Shown piece after piece: positions 18,693 to 27,568 of a DNA stretch of 64,000 bases. The position numbers and the translations under genes are program-made. Below the pieces are notes generated by a model, which was not told the DNA's origin, made no database searches, and was given only the letters and a program-made list of their open reading frames with translations. Each line of letters starts with the position of its first letter. The first letter of the stretch is position 1. This DNA comes from an uncultured virus (IMG/VR IMGVR_UViG_3300035643_000181) (taxonomy: Duplodnaviria > Heunggongvirae > Uroviricota > Caudoviricetes), in IMG/VR virus record IMGVR_UViG_3300035643_000181; one strand, given 5' to 3'.

Positions 18693-20210
18693 ATGGTTTT
18701 CAGACCTCCAGTTGATGAAGTCGTCAGTATGTATAATGCCCTAATCGGCATTCAGAGTGTTACTACCTCTCCGGGTAATGCACACCCAGGTATTTCTATT
18801 ATTGACGCTTCACTTATAGGTATTGGCCCCAACTCCCTGGTTAACATGATGCTTATTCTCTACCCGGGCCAAATGACCAAAGTTGCCGCGGCAATTGTTA
18901 CGGGATTTGACAACACCACTGGGGAAGTAACTTTTAGCCCGGCATATAAGGGAATAGCAGCGGCCATTCCGGCCGGTGTGCCTTACATGTGCATCCCTGG
19001 GACGGGAGTAGCCCTGAGTGCTGCAACACTAGCTGCTATCCAAAGCAAAATACTTTCCGACTCCATGCCCTTCTCGGGAGCCGACATTGATACGGCGATC
19101 TCCAGCCGGGCTGCTCCCGGATCACCTATGGCTCTTACCTTAGCAGCACTAGCCGCTATCCAAAGTATTATCCTCAGTGATGACACGCCCTTCCCTGGGG
19201 CGGATATTGAAGCTATCAAGAAGTTAGTCCAAAATTTACCCCAACAGCTTTACGGTACGGTAACCACCTGGACTGGAGCTATTGGTCAGAATGATTGCGG
19301 CTCTCTCGCCTTTGATGGCACCTATATTTATGTCGGCCTTAACACCTCACCAGCACAAGTCGTGAAGGTAGACCCCACCACCATGACCACAGTAGCCGTT
19401 TGGACTGGAGCCAGTGGTCAGAACATTTGTGAGGGCCTTGCCTTTGACGGCACTTATCTTTATGCTGGGCTTTACACTACCCCAGCACAGGTGGTGAAGA
19501 TAAACACCACTACTATGGCTACGGTGTCTACTTGGACCGGGGCTGGCGGCCCAGCTCAAAACTACTGCCGTGCTCTTATTTATGGTGGTACCTATATTTA
19601 TGCCGGGTTAGCCACTTCACCAGCACAGGTAATTCAAATAGATCCCATCACAATGACCACACATGAAACCTGGCTTGGCGGTGGTGGTCAGATTATGTGT
19701 TCGGCTTTGACCTGGGATGGAACCTACGTTTATGCCGGACTGGTGACTGTACCGGCACAGGTAGTACAGATAACTCCGAGCACAATGCTCACACATGCCA
19801 TCTGGACCGGGACAAGCGGCCAGAATGGGTGTGACGCTCTGGCCTGGGATGGCACTCATATTTATGCTGGGCTTGACTCCTCTCCGGCATATGTGATACA
19901 GATAGACCCCACCATAATGGGTACCACTGCCGTCTGGACTGGAGCAAGTGGTCAGAATACTTGTAACTCGCTTGTCTTTGATGGCACCTATATTTATGCT
20001 GGTCTCGAGCCTTTCCCAGCTCCAGCACAGGTAGTCAGGATAAAACCTGCCCCAACCACGATGAACATGGTATCCGTCTGGATTGGCTCTATTGGGCAAA
20101 ATACCTGCTGGGCCCTGGCTTGGGACGGAACCTATATCTATGCCGGACTCGATACTTCCCCATGTCAAGTGGTACAGATAGCACCCTTACAAATGAAAAA
20201 CATGACCTAA
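18693..20210 (+). CDS. putative receptor-binding protein with 7-repeat beta-propeller
   Basis: Seven ~44-aa repeats WTG..GQN.C..L..DGTYIYAGL.T.PAQVV.I.P.TM. Confidence 0.7.
   Translation: MVFRPPVDEVVSMYNALIGIQSVTTSPGNAHPGISIIDASLIGIGPNSLVNMMLILYPGQMTKVAAAIVTGFDNTTGEVTFSPAYKGIAAAIPAGVPYMCIPGTGVALSAATLAAIQSKILSDSMPFSGADIDTAISSRAAPGSPMALTLAALAAIQSIILSDDTPFPGADIEAIKKLVQNLPQQLYGTVTTWTGAIGQNDCGSLAFDGTYIYVGLNTSPAQVVKVDPTTMTTVAVWTGASGQNICEGLAFDGTYLYAGLYTTPAQVVKINTTTMATVSTWTGAGGPAQNYCRALIYGGTYIYAGLATSPAQVIQIDPITMTTHETWLGGGGQIMCSALTWDGTYVYAGLVTVPAQVVQITPSTMLTHAIWTGTSGQNGCDALAWDGTHIYAGLDSSPAYVIQIDPTIMGTTAVWTGASGQNTCNSLVFDGTYIYAGLEPFPAPAQVVRIKPAPTTMNMVSVWIGSIGQNTCWALAWDGTYIYAGLDTSPCQVVQIAPLQMKNMT
19266..20190 (+). 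repeat. seven ~132-nt coding tandem repeats (propeller blades)
   Basis: Visible at protein and DNA level. Confidence 0.85.
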
Positions 20211-20226
20211 TGAAAAGGAGAGAGCA

Positions 20227-21384
20227 ATGAGTAAAGAAGTACTAAACCGCCACTGGCAGGAACTGCGCCGGCTGCCCAATGTGCTTAATGTGGCTGTCGC
20301 GCCAAAATTTCGAGAGGGTAAGCCGACTGGCGAAACGGGCATAACAGTCTATGTTGCCAGGAAGGTAAAGGTGCTACCACCTCACCTGATGGTCCCGAAG
20401 GAAATCGAGGGAGTGGTCACCGACGTGGTGGAGTTTGCCCCGAAGACCTGGCGGGCTGGGGTAACCAGTATCAGCCGGCTGTCACCTGAGGAGCAATTAC
20501 GCCGGTTGGGAGCAAGGGATCTGAAGCGCCCAAAAGCCCAAGAGCGAAAGATAGGCACGACGGGGCTTGATTCTTCCTGGAAAGCCTACTGCTCACCTAT
20601 CCGTGACCAGGGCGGGTGTGGAATTTGCGTTAGTGAGGGATGTATCGGGCATATCGAAATACAATACCGCATAGCGGTTAAAAACCCGAATGACCCCATT
20701 TTGCTATCTATTGTCCAGCCGTTCTTCTGCAGCGGCGGAACCTGTGAAGATGGATCAGACCCGGCTACCGTGCTTACCTACATACAACAGAATGGAGACT
20801 GTCCGGATAGCTACCTGCCTCTCGATGCCAATATTTATGCCGGCAATGATGAAGCCTGTAATTACAACATCAAGCCCGGGTGGCAGCAGGTCTTAACCAA
20901 GATCTCCAGCTGGCAGGAACTCACCGATATTAACGCCATTCGGCAGGCTTTAACCCAGGGTTCACTGATTGCCGTCATGGCGGTACACCAGAGCTTCATG
21001 AACTACGCCGGGGGTATTTATCAGTCGTTAGGTGACCAGGACCCGATAGTTGGTTATCACTGCACAGTCAATATCGGCGAGCATGATGCGATTCAAGCCT
21101 ATGACGGGCGTAATAGCTGGGGTCTCAGTTGGGGAGAGGCGGGTTACTTCCAGATAGCCTACGGTGACTCGGAGTTTGACATCTCGGGTTGGTTGGCCGT
21201 TCCGGTAGCTCCGCAGCCAGGTCCCGGGCCTACCCCTGCACCTGCAACTGGTGCTATCCCGGTCGGGGCGTGCGTGGTACAAATGAATGGAAAGGACAAC
21301 CCAACTCAAATATATGGATACGGCACCTGGAAATTAGTGCGCCACTGTCCATATGGACCATACTACTGGCAAAGAACTGCCTAA
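20227..21384 (+). CDS. papain-like C1A cysteine peptidase
   Basis: PIRDQGGCGIC (catalytic Cys), GYHC (His), RNSWGLSWGEAGYF (Asn). Confidence 0.85.
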   Translation: MSKEVLNRHWQELRRLPNVLNVAVAPKFREGKPTGETGITVYVARKVKVLPPHLMVPKEIEGVVTDVVEFAPKTWRAGVTSISRLSPEEQLRRLGARDLKRPKAQERKIGTTGLDSSWKAYCSPIRDQGGCGICVSEGCIGHIEIQYRIAVKNPNDPILLSIVQPFFCSGGTCEDGSDPATVLTYIQQNGDCPDSYLPLDANIYAGNDEACNYNIKPGWQQVLTKISSWQELTDINAIRQALTQGSLIAVMAVHQSFMNYAGGIYQSLGDQDPIVGYHCTVNIGEHDAIQAYDGRNSWGLSWGEAGYFQIAYGDSEFDISGWLAVPVAPQPGPGPTPAPATGAIPVGACVVQMNGKDNPTQIYGYGTWKLVRHCPYGPYYWQRTA

Positions 21385-21387
21385 AGG

Positions 21388-21846
21388 ATGTTTAAAATGA
21401 GCCATAAGATTAAGAATATTGCCATTGTAACCGTAGAGGGAGAGTCTCTCAAACTGCCCGTGTATGACTACATGGGGCAGCCAGTCTATAGTAGCGATAT
21501 GGATGCACAGGGAAATGTCAAACAAAAGTATATTGACGCTAACCTTCACGATTGTCTGAACTTTATGGTAAGACATCTTCCTAAGGAATTTTACGGCGTA
21601 GTACCTGGAGCCAAGGCCGATAAGAAGACCTGCAACTATACGCTTAATGAAAATACCACTCATGCAAACAAACTAGCCAGTCTTTCAAATGTAGAACTAG
21701 ATGAAGAATTTGAACTCGGGAACAAGACCTATGACTGGGCAATCTATATGCTTAGGCATGGCCAGGCTGGCTCACCTATGTTTAATGTTGACCTACCAAC
21801 TATTTTAGAGGCTATGGGATTCAAGGATTCTAGCTTGGAGGAATAG
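21388..21846 (+). CDS. hypothetical protein
   Basis: ORF in operon. Confidence 0.6.
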   Translation: MFKMSHKIKNIAIVTVEGESLKLPVYDYMGQPVYSSDMDAQGNVKQKYIDANLHDCLNFMVRHLPKEFYGVVPGAKADKKTCNYTLNENTTHANKLASLSNVELDEEFELGNKTYDWAIYMLRHGQAGSPMFNVDLPTILEAMGFKDSSLEE

Positions 21847-21848
21847 CA

Positions 21849-24191
21849 ACGGTAGAAGTTAATCCACAGTCATATATTAAGATACCTGATGTTTCTCCAC
21901 AGGTAAGACTACCTGATGAAGCTGACCCAATCGATTCATGGTATGACCCTAACTGGCAGTACCGCACACAGATTACCCTCACAGGGAGTCCTGATGAGGC
22001 AGTTACCAACTATCAGATGATGCTTAATGTTATTATTGGTAGCGGTACTTCTTCAGGTAATACCGTTTATATTCCGAGTGGGTATTGTAAGTCTGACTTT
22101 AGCGACCTTAGATTCACTGAAACTGATGGTCAAACCTTGTTGTCTTATTGGAACGAATCATACATCCTGGGTGTTAGTGCGGTATTTTGGCCTTGCTTTG
22201 ATGCCATACCAATAAGCCCGGGAATTTATCAGCCTTACCTATACTGTGGTAACCCGAACGCATCCAGTACTTCCAGTGGGCCTAACACATTCCCATTCTT
22301 TGATCACTTTGATAATGGATGGCCCGATGGTCTGTGGACAGGAGCCACCCAATACGGTAGTGTCGCTAGCAGTATCCTAACGTGGGCCGATAACACTTCG
22401 TTTATTGGAGAGTACATGTTCTCAATTGGCAATGCAGGTCGTAATAAGTATTCTTGGAGAGCAAGTGCTCGGATAAACTCTGTTGGTAGCACTGGTTATG
22501 TTGGATTTGGAGTAGGTGACGGTGGTGGACAAGATGCCTGTTTAACAATAAACACCTGGTATGGTGGCATTGGATTGGATGTTGGCGGAGGCCAAGGGAG
22601 TCTAATTCCATCAAACTGGACACCTGACACTTGGGAGATATTCCAGTGTAACATTCTTGGTGGAGTATCGGCTAGATTTTTCCAGAATGGTATTGAATTA
22701 GAAAATAGCCCTGTCACCAGTGGAATACCGACATCATCCACAAATCCGTTTCTCTTTGGGGGAAACCGTCACGACCAACCTTGTACTGTCTACGTAGATT
22801 GGTTATTCCTAAAGAATTACACCGCTAATGAGCCAACTTGGACAAGCTGGGGTGCTTGGGAATCCCTGCCAGATGTAACAACTTCTGCAGCAACTATGAT
22901 TACATCTAGTTCTGCTAGGCTAAATGGTCAGGTAACCTCTACTGGCTTGACAAGTAGCTGTACCGTCACGGTTTACTGGGGCACATCAGACGGTGGCACT
23001 AATCCTGGCGACTGGCAACACAGTTCAGCACCCACATCACCAAGTCAACCACAAGGTGTAGGAACTTTCTATCTAGATATCGCTGGCCTATCTAATTTAA
23101 CGCAATATTACTTCTCAGCTAAGGCTACTAATACCTATGGTACTGGTTGGGGTACTACTAAGAGTTTTTGCATTGATGCTACACCATGGTTTAACTCCGA
23201 TTGGTTATATCGAGAGTGGTTTACTATTACTGGTAGTATTGATGCAGAGCTAACCGACTTTTCTACAGGCTGCGGAACATTTACAGACCTTAATGTTGTT
23301 GTTGGGTCGGGTACCAGCTCGGGTAATACCGTTTATATCCCCAGTGGCTATTGTAATTCTGACTTCTCTGACTTGAGATTTACAGCGGCTAATGGAGTCA
23401 CTCTACTGGGTTACTGGATTATGTCTTATACCAGTAGCACCTCGGCAACAGTCCGAATACTATTCCCAGACATTCCTGAGTCGCCTGTAACTCTATCAGG
23501 TTATATATATTGTGGCAACGCTACAGCTACTTCACAAAGCAGTATTATCGCGGCAAATCTGTGGGGCGACGACTTCGCTACTGATACCGGATGGGAGGTA
23601 ATCAGTGGCCCGGGTAGTTTTTATGTTTCTGGCGGTTCGGGGTATTTTGTAGGGGGAGGTTTGGGTGCACCAGCCACCTGGTTTAAAAACTCTTATAACT
23701 TAACTGTAGCTAATTTCCAAATCTCGTTCCTTCAGTTGACTAATTTCACTGTAGTAGGTAGCTCATTTTCTGGCGGTATATCTAGTGGCACCGGCGGGCA
23801 GCATGGTATATGTATTGTTGGTTATTATGGGGCACCGACTTACGATTGGGCAGGAGGAGACTACTTCGGAAACCTCGGAGGTACTGGAGGGCGAACACCT
23901 TTTCTGTGTCAACTGATATACAATAACGGTGTCGCCTCAGCCTATGTTACCCTGAGCAATCCGACACAAACTATCCATGTAGGAGATTTAAGTGAAATAA
24001 TCAGTGGCATGACCAATCCAGGGGCAGAGTCAACATGGGATACTTTCCAGATACAGAATTTCACCATACAGGGTAGTACGCCAAATCCGCCCTCATGGAC
24101 AAGCTGGGGGCCATGGGAACAATATGTTAAAAGTGCTATGGTGGTGGGAAGCAATCTTCCCGTTAAAATGATGGTAGCAGGGATGTTATGA
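21849..24191 (+). CDS. DUF2341-like double-domain surface/virion protein with FN3-like linker; probable non-canonical start
   Basis: Two copies of C.SDFSDLRFT..G.TLL.YW; frame is open from 21834 and includes WYDPNWQYR upstream of the first ATG (22017). Confidence 0.7.
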   Translation, partial: TVEVNPQSYIKIPDVSPQVRLPDEADPIDSWYDPNWQYRTQITLTGSPDEAVTNYQMMLNVIIGSGTSSGNTVYIPSGYCKSDFSDLRFTETDGQTLLSYWNESYILGVSAVFWPCFDAIPISPGIYQPYLYCGNPNASSTSSGPNTFPFFDHFDNGWPDGLWTGATQYGSVASSILTWADNTSFIGEYMFSIGNAGRNKYSWRASARINSVGSTGYVGFGVGDGGGQDACLTINTWYGGIGLDVGGGQGSLIPSNWTPDTWEIFQCNILGGVSARFFQNGIELENSPVTSGIPTSSTNPFLFGGNRHDQPCTVYVDWLFLKNYTANEPTWTSWGAWESLPDVTTSAATMITSSSARLNGQVTSTGLTSSCTVTVYWGTSDGGTNPGDWQHSSAPTSPSQPQGVGTFYLDIAGLSNLTQYYFSAKATNTYGTGWGTTKSFCIDATPWFNSDWLYREWFTITGSIDAELTDFSTGCGTFTDLNVVVGSGTSSGNTVYIPSGYCNSDFSDLRFTAANGVTLLGYWIMSYTSSTSATVRILFPDIPESPVTLSGYIYCGNATATSQSSIIAANLWGDDFATDTGWEVISGPGSFYVSGGSGYFVGGGLGAPATWFKNSYNLTVANFQISFLQLTNFTVVGSSFSGGISSGTGGQHGICIVGYYGAPTYDWAGGDYFGNLGGTGGRTPFLCQLIYNNGVASAYVTLSNPTQTIHVGDLSEIISGMTNPGAESTWDTFQIQNFTIQGSTPNPPSWTSWGPWEQYVKSAMVVGSNLPVKMMVAGML

Positions 24192-24320
24192 AGAGGAGGA
24201 TAGGGTGGAAATAAAGAACTGGTGGAGGGAAACAAAAGCACACAATACCTTTCACTGGATGATGTCTAAGATATTTGGAGGATCGGTGGATAGCCACATA
24301 GATTGCCATGGAGATGACCA

Positions 24321-24560
24321 TTGCGGTACAGAAGGAATGCGACAATGCGTAAAAACCGAAACAGAGACATCGAAGAGATCGGACGACTCTTCATCAGTCT
24401 AGGATTACTCTGTATGGCTGGTTTCATGATTTGGTGCTCGCTCAAGAGTACGGCTAATCCGGATGTTGCTAAAATGATGGATGGTTTTGTAGGGACCATC
24501 ATCGGGTCTCTCACAACCTACTGGTTAACGCCCCCCCGGCAGCCCTCTAGTCGCAAATAG
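24321..24560 (+). CDS. small two-TM membrane protein (holin-like)
   Basis: Two hydrophobic segments, GTIIGSLTTYW, basic termini. Confidence 0.5.
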   Translation: MRYRRNATMRKNRNRDIEEIGRLFISLGLLCMAGFMIWCSLKSTANPDVAKMMDGFVGTIIGSLTTYWLTPPRQPSSRK

Positions 24561-24599
24561 CCAAGTGTAGTATAATTATAGGCGAAAGGAGGTGTACCA

Positions 24600-24917
24600 A
24601 TGACAGGTCTACATCTGGGCTTAGTGTTCTTGTTTGCCGTAATAGGCAGTCTCGTGCTCGCCACAATCAAGTACCTGGAGCCCCTGTACCAGAATGGCCA
24701 GAAGTTCGACGTTGGCCAGTTCATTCTCGATTTGCTGGTAAGCCTTACGGGTGGTGGAGCCTATACGGCCGCGATGTCCGCCTACGGGGCAAACATGAAC
24801 GTGGTTCTGGCTTGTGCCTCGGCCTTCTTTGTAGCCATGGGGGTCAACATTGGGCTGATAACTACATTTAAGATTGCCCATTCCCTCATCTCCCCTCGAG
24901 GTCCACCGAAACCATAA
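24600..24917 (+). CDS. three-TM membrane protein (holin-like or virion membrane protein)
   Basis: AAGGAGG RBS, three hydrophobic stretches. Confidence 0.6.
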   Translation: MTGLHLGLVFLFAVIGSLVLATIKYLEPLYQNGQKFDVGQFILDLLVSLTGGGAYTAAMSAYGANMNVVLACASAFFVAMGVNIGLITTFKIAHSLISPRGPPKP

Positions 24918-24934
24918 CCGCCGTCCGGCATGAA

Positions 24935-24960
24935 AATGGCCAGCTTCCTAGCTGGCCATT
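24935..24960. terminator. hairpin between convergent operons
   Basis: AATGGCCAGCT-tcct-AGCTGGCCATT perfect 11-bp stem. Confidence 0.7.
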
Positions 24961-24981
24961 ACTATTTCCTGGGAAATACGC

Positions 24982-25371
24982 TTAAATAATTTGGATTTCT
25001 TTACCGTAGGTCGCCCGGAAGAGTTTGGCTTTATTCTTCCAGTCCCTCGTTAGAGTAGCCTTACCACCTTTACTGTCAAAAACCTCAACTTCCAACCGGT
25101 TATTGATTACGAGATGGTCCAGTTCCATCTTGATGTCCCCAGGAAGCGAGACTACCACGTGGTGTAGATAGGCGATATATTCGCCAGCGGCCACTCCCAT
25201 GAGGAATTTCTGGGCGTCCTCGGCTTCTTTTCCGCTATCGAAGTGCATGCCGGCAGCCTTTTGCCTGACGTTGTAATACTTGCTCCGTTTCTTAGGCTCT
25301 TCCTCCACTTGGAATACTTCCGGATTCAAACGTTTCACATCAGAACTTACTTCAGAGAGGTCGAATTTCAT
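24982..25371 (-). CDS. DUF1064-like PD-(D/E)XK nuclease (resolvase-like)
   Basis: SKYYN, FDSGKEA, D...EVFDSKG, K.KLF. Confidence 0.75.
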   Translation of the reverse strand: MKFDLSEVSSDVKRLNPEVFQVEEEPKKRSKYYNVRQKAAGMHFDSGKEAEDAQKFLMGVAAGEYIAYLHHVVVSLPGDIKMELDHLVINNRLEVEVFDSKGGKATLTRDWKNKAKLFRATYGKEIQII

Positions 25372-25571
25372 TCCCCACTCCCCTTACCTTTCTTTCTCCA
25401 AACCTCTCCTCTTATTGTTATTTCATTCACCCCAAAATACTCTGCAATATCATCAAGGAGAATAGTAAAGTTAACTTGCGCCTTCATCGCACCACCACGA
25501 TATGTGACAAAGGGATAACCCTCACCTCGTGGTTTCAAAAGCCACTCTAAACACTCCGTTTTATCGCTCAT
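25368..25571 (-). CDS. hypothetical protein
   Basis: RBS and coupling to next gene. Confidence 0.5.
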   Translation of the reverse strand: MSDKTECLEWLLKPRGEGYPFVTYRGGAMKAQVNFTILLDDIAEYFGVNEITIRGEVWRKKGKGSGE

Positions 25572-25691
25572 TCATCTAACCTCCCGGAGATCTTCTTTTA
25601 GTTTCTATCTGCTTTTTTAATTCCCTAATTACCTTCTTGGTCTCATTTTTCCTAGCTCGAGTAACCTGACGTTTTAGGCCCACCTTACACC

Positions 25692-26381
25692 TCACTCATT
25701 ATTACTCATCATCTTCTTACACAGCTCATAATTCTCTTGTTCAACTTCCCTCAACCTTTGCTGAATTAACTCTACAAGTGTATGAGTACTATGCTTCTTA
25801 ATCAGGACTTCAGCCAAATTACAAGGTCGGTTATCGTCCTTTATTCCATTCAAATGATGAACAAGATAACCCTTTGCAATTCTTCTTCCGTTAGTTTGTT
25901 CCCAAACGTATATATGATAAAACTGCCATTTAGCTGGTGATTTAGCTATCTTTATACGAGCATAACCATTATTATTGACAATAGTACCAATAGGACTACC
26001 ACTAAACTTAAACCTCGCCTCAGATTTATTCCAGACATGAACACCAAGCCTGTGCAATACTCTATAAATAGTATTTTCTCCTACTCCATACTTTTTAGCA
26101 ATTTTCGTTCCAGGCATACCATCAAGGTAGAGCTTTTTAATGTCTTCTTCATATTGGTCTAGTTTAGGATGAGGACCTACACCTAAACCCTTCATAACCC
26201 TTACTTCTATGCCTTTTGTACGAGAGCGAGCAAGATTATGTTTAGCCAAAGACCTTTGCACCGACCACTTTGTAATATTTAACTTACTAGCAATTTCACT
26301 GATACTAAGCCTGTCAGTAATATATAAGGACTCAAGTACTTCCCGACTGAGAGGAGTCGATTTTACTCTTATTCTTGACAT
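25692..26381 (-). CDS. HTH-containing HNH endonuclease
   Basis: Two HTH-like segments; VHHLNGIKDDNRPCNL. Confidence 0.85.
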   Translation of the reverse strand: MSRIRVKSTPLSREVLESLYITDRLSISEIASKLNITKWSVQRSLAKHNLARSRTKGIEVRVMKGLGVGPHPKLDQYEEDIKKLYLDGMPGTKIAKKYGVGENTIYRVLHRLGVHVWNKSEARFKFSGSPIGTIVNNNGYARIKIAKSPAKWQFYHIYVWEQTNGRRIAKGYLVHHLNGIKDDNRPCNLAEVLIKKHSTHTLVELIQQRLREVEQENYELCKKMMSNNE

Positions 26382-26395
26382 TCTGCTCCTTTAAG

Positions 26396-27220
26396 TTACT
26401 CTTCGAGTAAAATCCTACATTCAATATGGTATGAGCATCTTTCACTGCCACACCGCCAGCACAGGGGATTGGGCGCAAAGACCCCACTGGTAATTCCCTT
26501 CCAGACCTCAGTAACAATACGGGTAAAGAAATTGATGTCACCCTGCTTCCTCTCGGTGGTCACGACATCAATAAGGGGCTTTTGTAAATTGAGAGCCTGG
26601 TGCCAGCTGGCCCATACGGATTCGCCGAGCAGAGCGGCATAGGCCGAAAACTGCATATCCTTGTCAATAAGTTCCTGGCTGTTTCCCTTTACTCCCTTTG
26701 GTCTTTCTCGAGGATGTAGAGATAACTTATGGTCGATGACCCCTTTCCCCGCCAGGTTCTGTTTGACAACGAGATCGGGGTACCCGACAAAAGGAACGCC
26801 GCCAATAACGCCCTCTAGTCTCTCTTCTACGGCAATAGGCTGTAACTTGGGGAGCATGGTCTTGATATAGAGAGTACCCAATTTTAGCGCAGCATCTTTT
26901 AATTGGCCCGGGTTGTCCTGTCCCCAGTTGATTTGTCTCGCTTCTAATTGAGGTTCACCTAAATCCTCATAAAATACCTTATCTTTCGTCTCGGCTTCCC
27001 AGCGATCGCTCATCACATCCCTAACTTCGTCAACTGAGACGGACTGATCGGCTTTGCGTCTTTTCAGTCCGAAGGCAACGCCGTGGTGATAAATTCTCCC
27101 GGCAATAAGACTACCATCAAGAACAGCCGGAATACCTCGGATGTAACGATAATAAAAAAACCTTGGACATTCAAGATAGGTTCGGACCATCGTGTAGGAG
27201 AGCCTGGTTATCTCGGTCAT
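26396..27220 (-). CDS. PD-(D/E)XK RecB/Cas4-like nuclease
   Basis: LSYT...CPR, G.PDLV, VIDHK, QFSAYA, C-terminal C..C...C.Y...C. Confidence 0.85.
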   Translation of the reverse strand: MTEITRLSYTMVRTYLECPRFFYYRYIRGIPAVLDGSLIAGRIYHHGVAFGLKRRKADQSVSVDEVRDVMSDRWEAETKDKVFYEDLGEPQLEARQINWGQDNPGQLKDAALKLGTLYIKTMLPKLQPIAVEERLEGVIGGVPFVGYPDLVVKQNLAGKGVIDHKLSLHPRERPKGVKGNSQELIDKDMQFSAYAALLGESVWASWHQALNLQKPLIDVVTTERKQGDINFFTRIVTEVWKGITSGVFAPNPLCWRCGSERCSYHIECRILLEE

Positions 27221-27497
27221 AACAATTTATCCTGCTTGGAAGGTAGGAAATTGGCTTAGGAAGCGGGAACTTCACTATGGTAGATTCATTCGTTATCTCC
27301 ATCGGTACCTGAAAACTGAGAATAGCGATACAAACTGCCGCCCGATCTATGGCCTGGCCAAGTTTATCATGCTGACTGGTAAGCTGTTCCTTTTTCGTTT
27401 TGTCCTGTACCTTCTCCATTAACTCATAGCACTTGTTGTGTTTGGCGCGAAGGCCCTCGAGTTCCTGATTAAGACTTTTAATCGCTTCTTCAAACAA
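27171..27497 (-). CDS. hypothetical coiled-coil protein
   Basis: GGAGG RBS. Confidence 0.55.
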   Translation of the reverse strand: MFEEAIKSLNQELEGLRAKHNKCYELMEKVQDKTKKEQLTSQHDKLGQAIDRAAVCIAILSFQVPMEITNESTIVKFPLPKPISYLPSRINCYDRDNQALLHDGPNLS

Positions 27498-27568
27498 GGC
27501 CCACCTCCCTTTCTAGTTTCTCCTTTAATATATCTCCATTGGTAGCCGTCATCGTAGAAAAGCACTAC

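Noticed and set aside
18693..24191. Diversity-generating retroelement acting on spike genes
   Set aside because: No reverse transcriptase and no adenine-specific template/variable repeat pair seen.
26396..27220. cas4 as part of a CRISPR or TIGR adaptation module
   Set aside because: Stand-alone PD-(D/E)XK nucleases are common in phage recombination modules, and nothing in the sequence links this one to the arrays.
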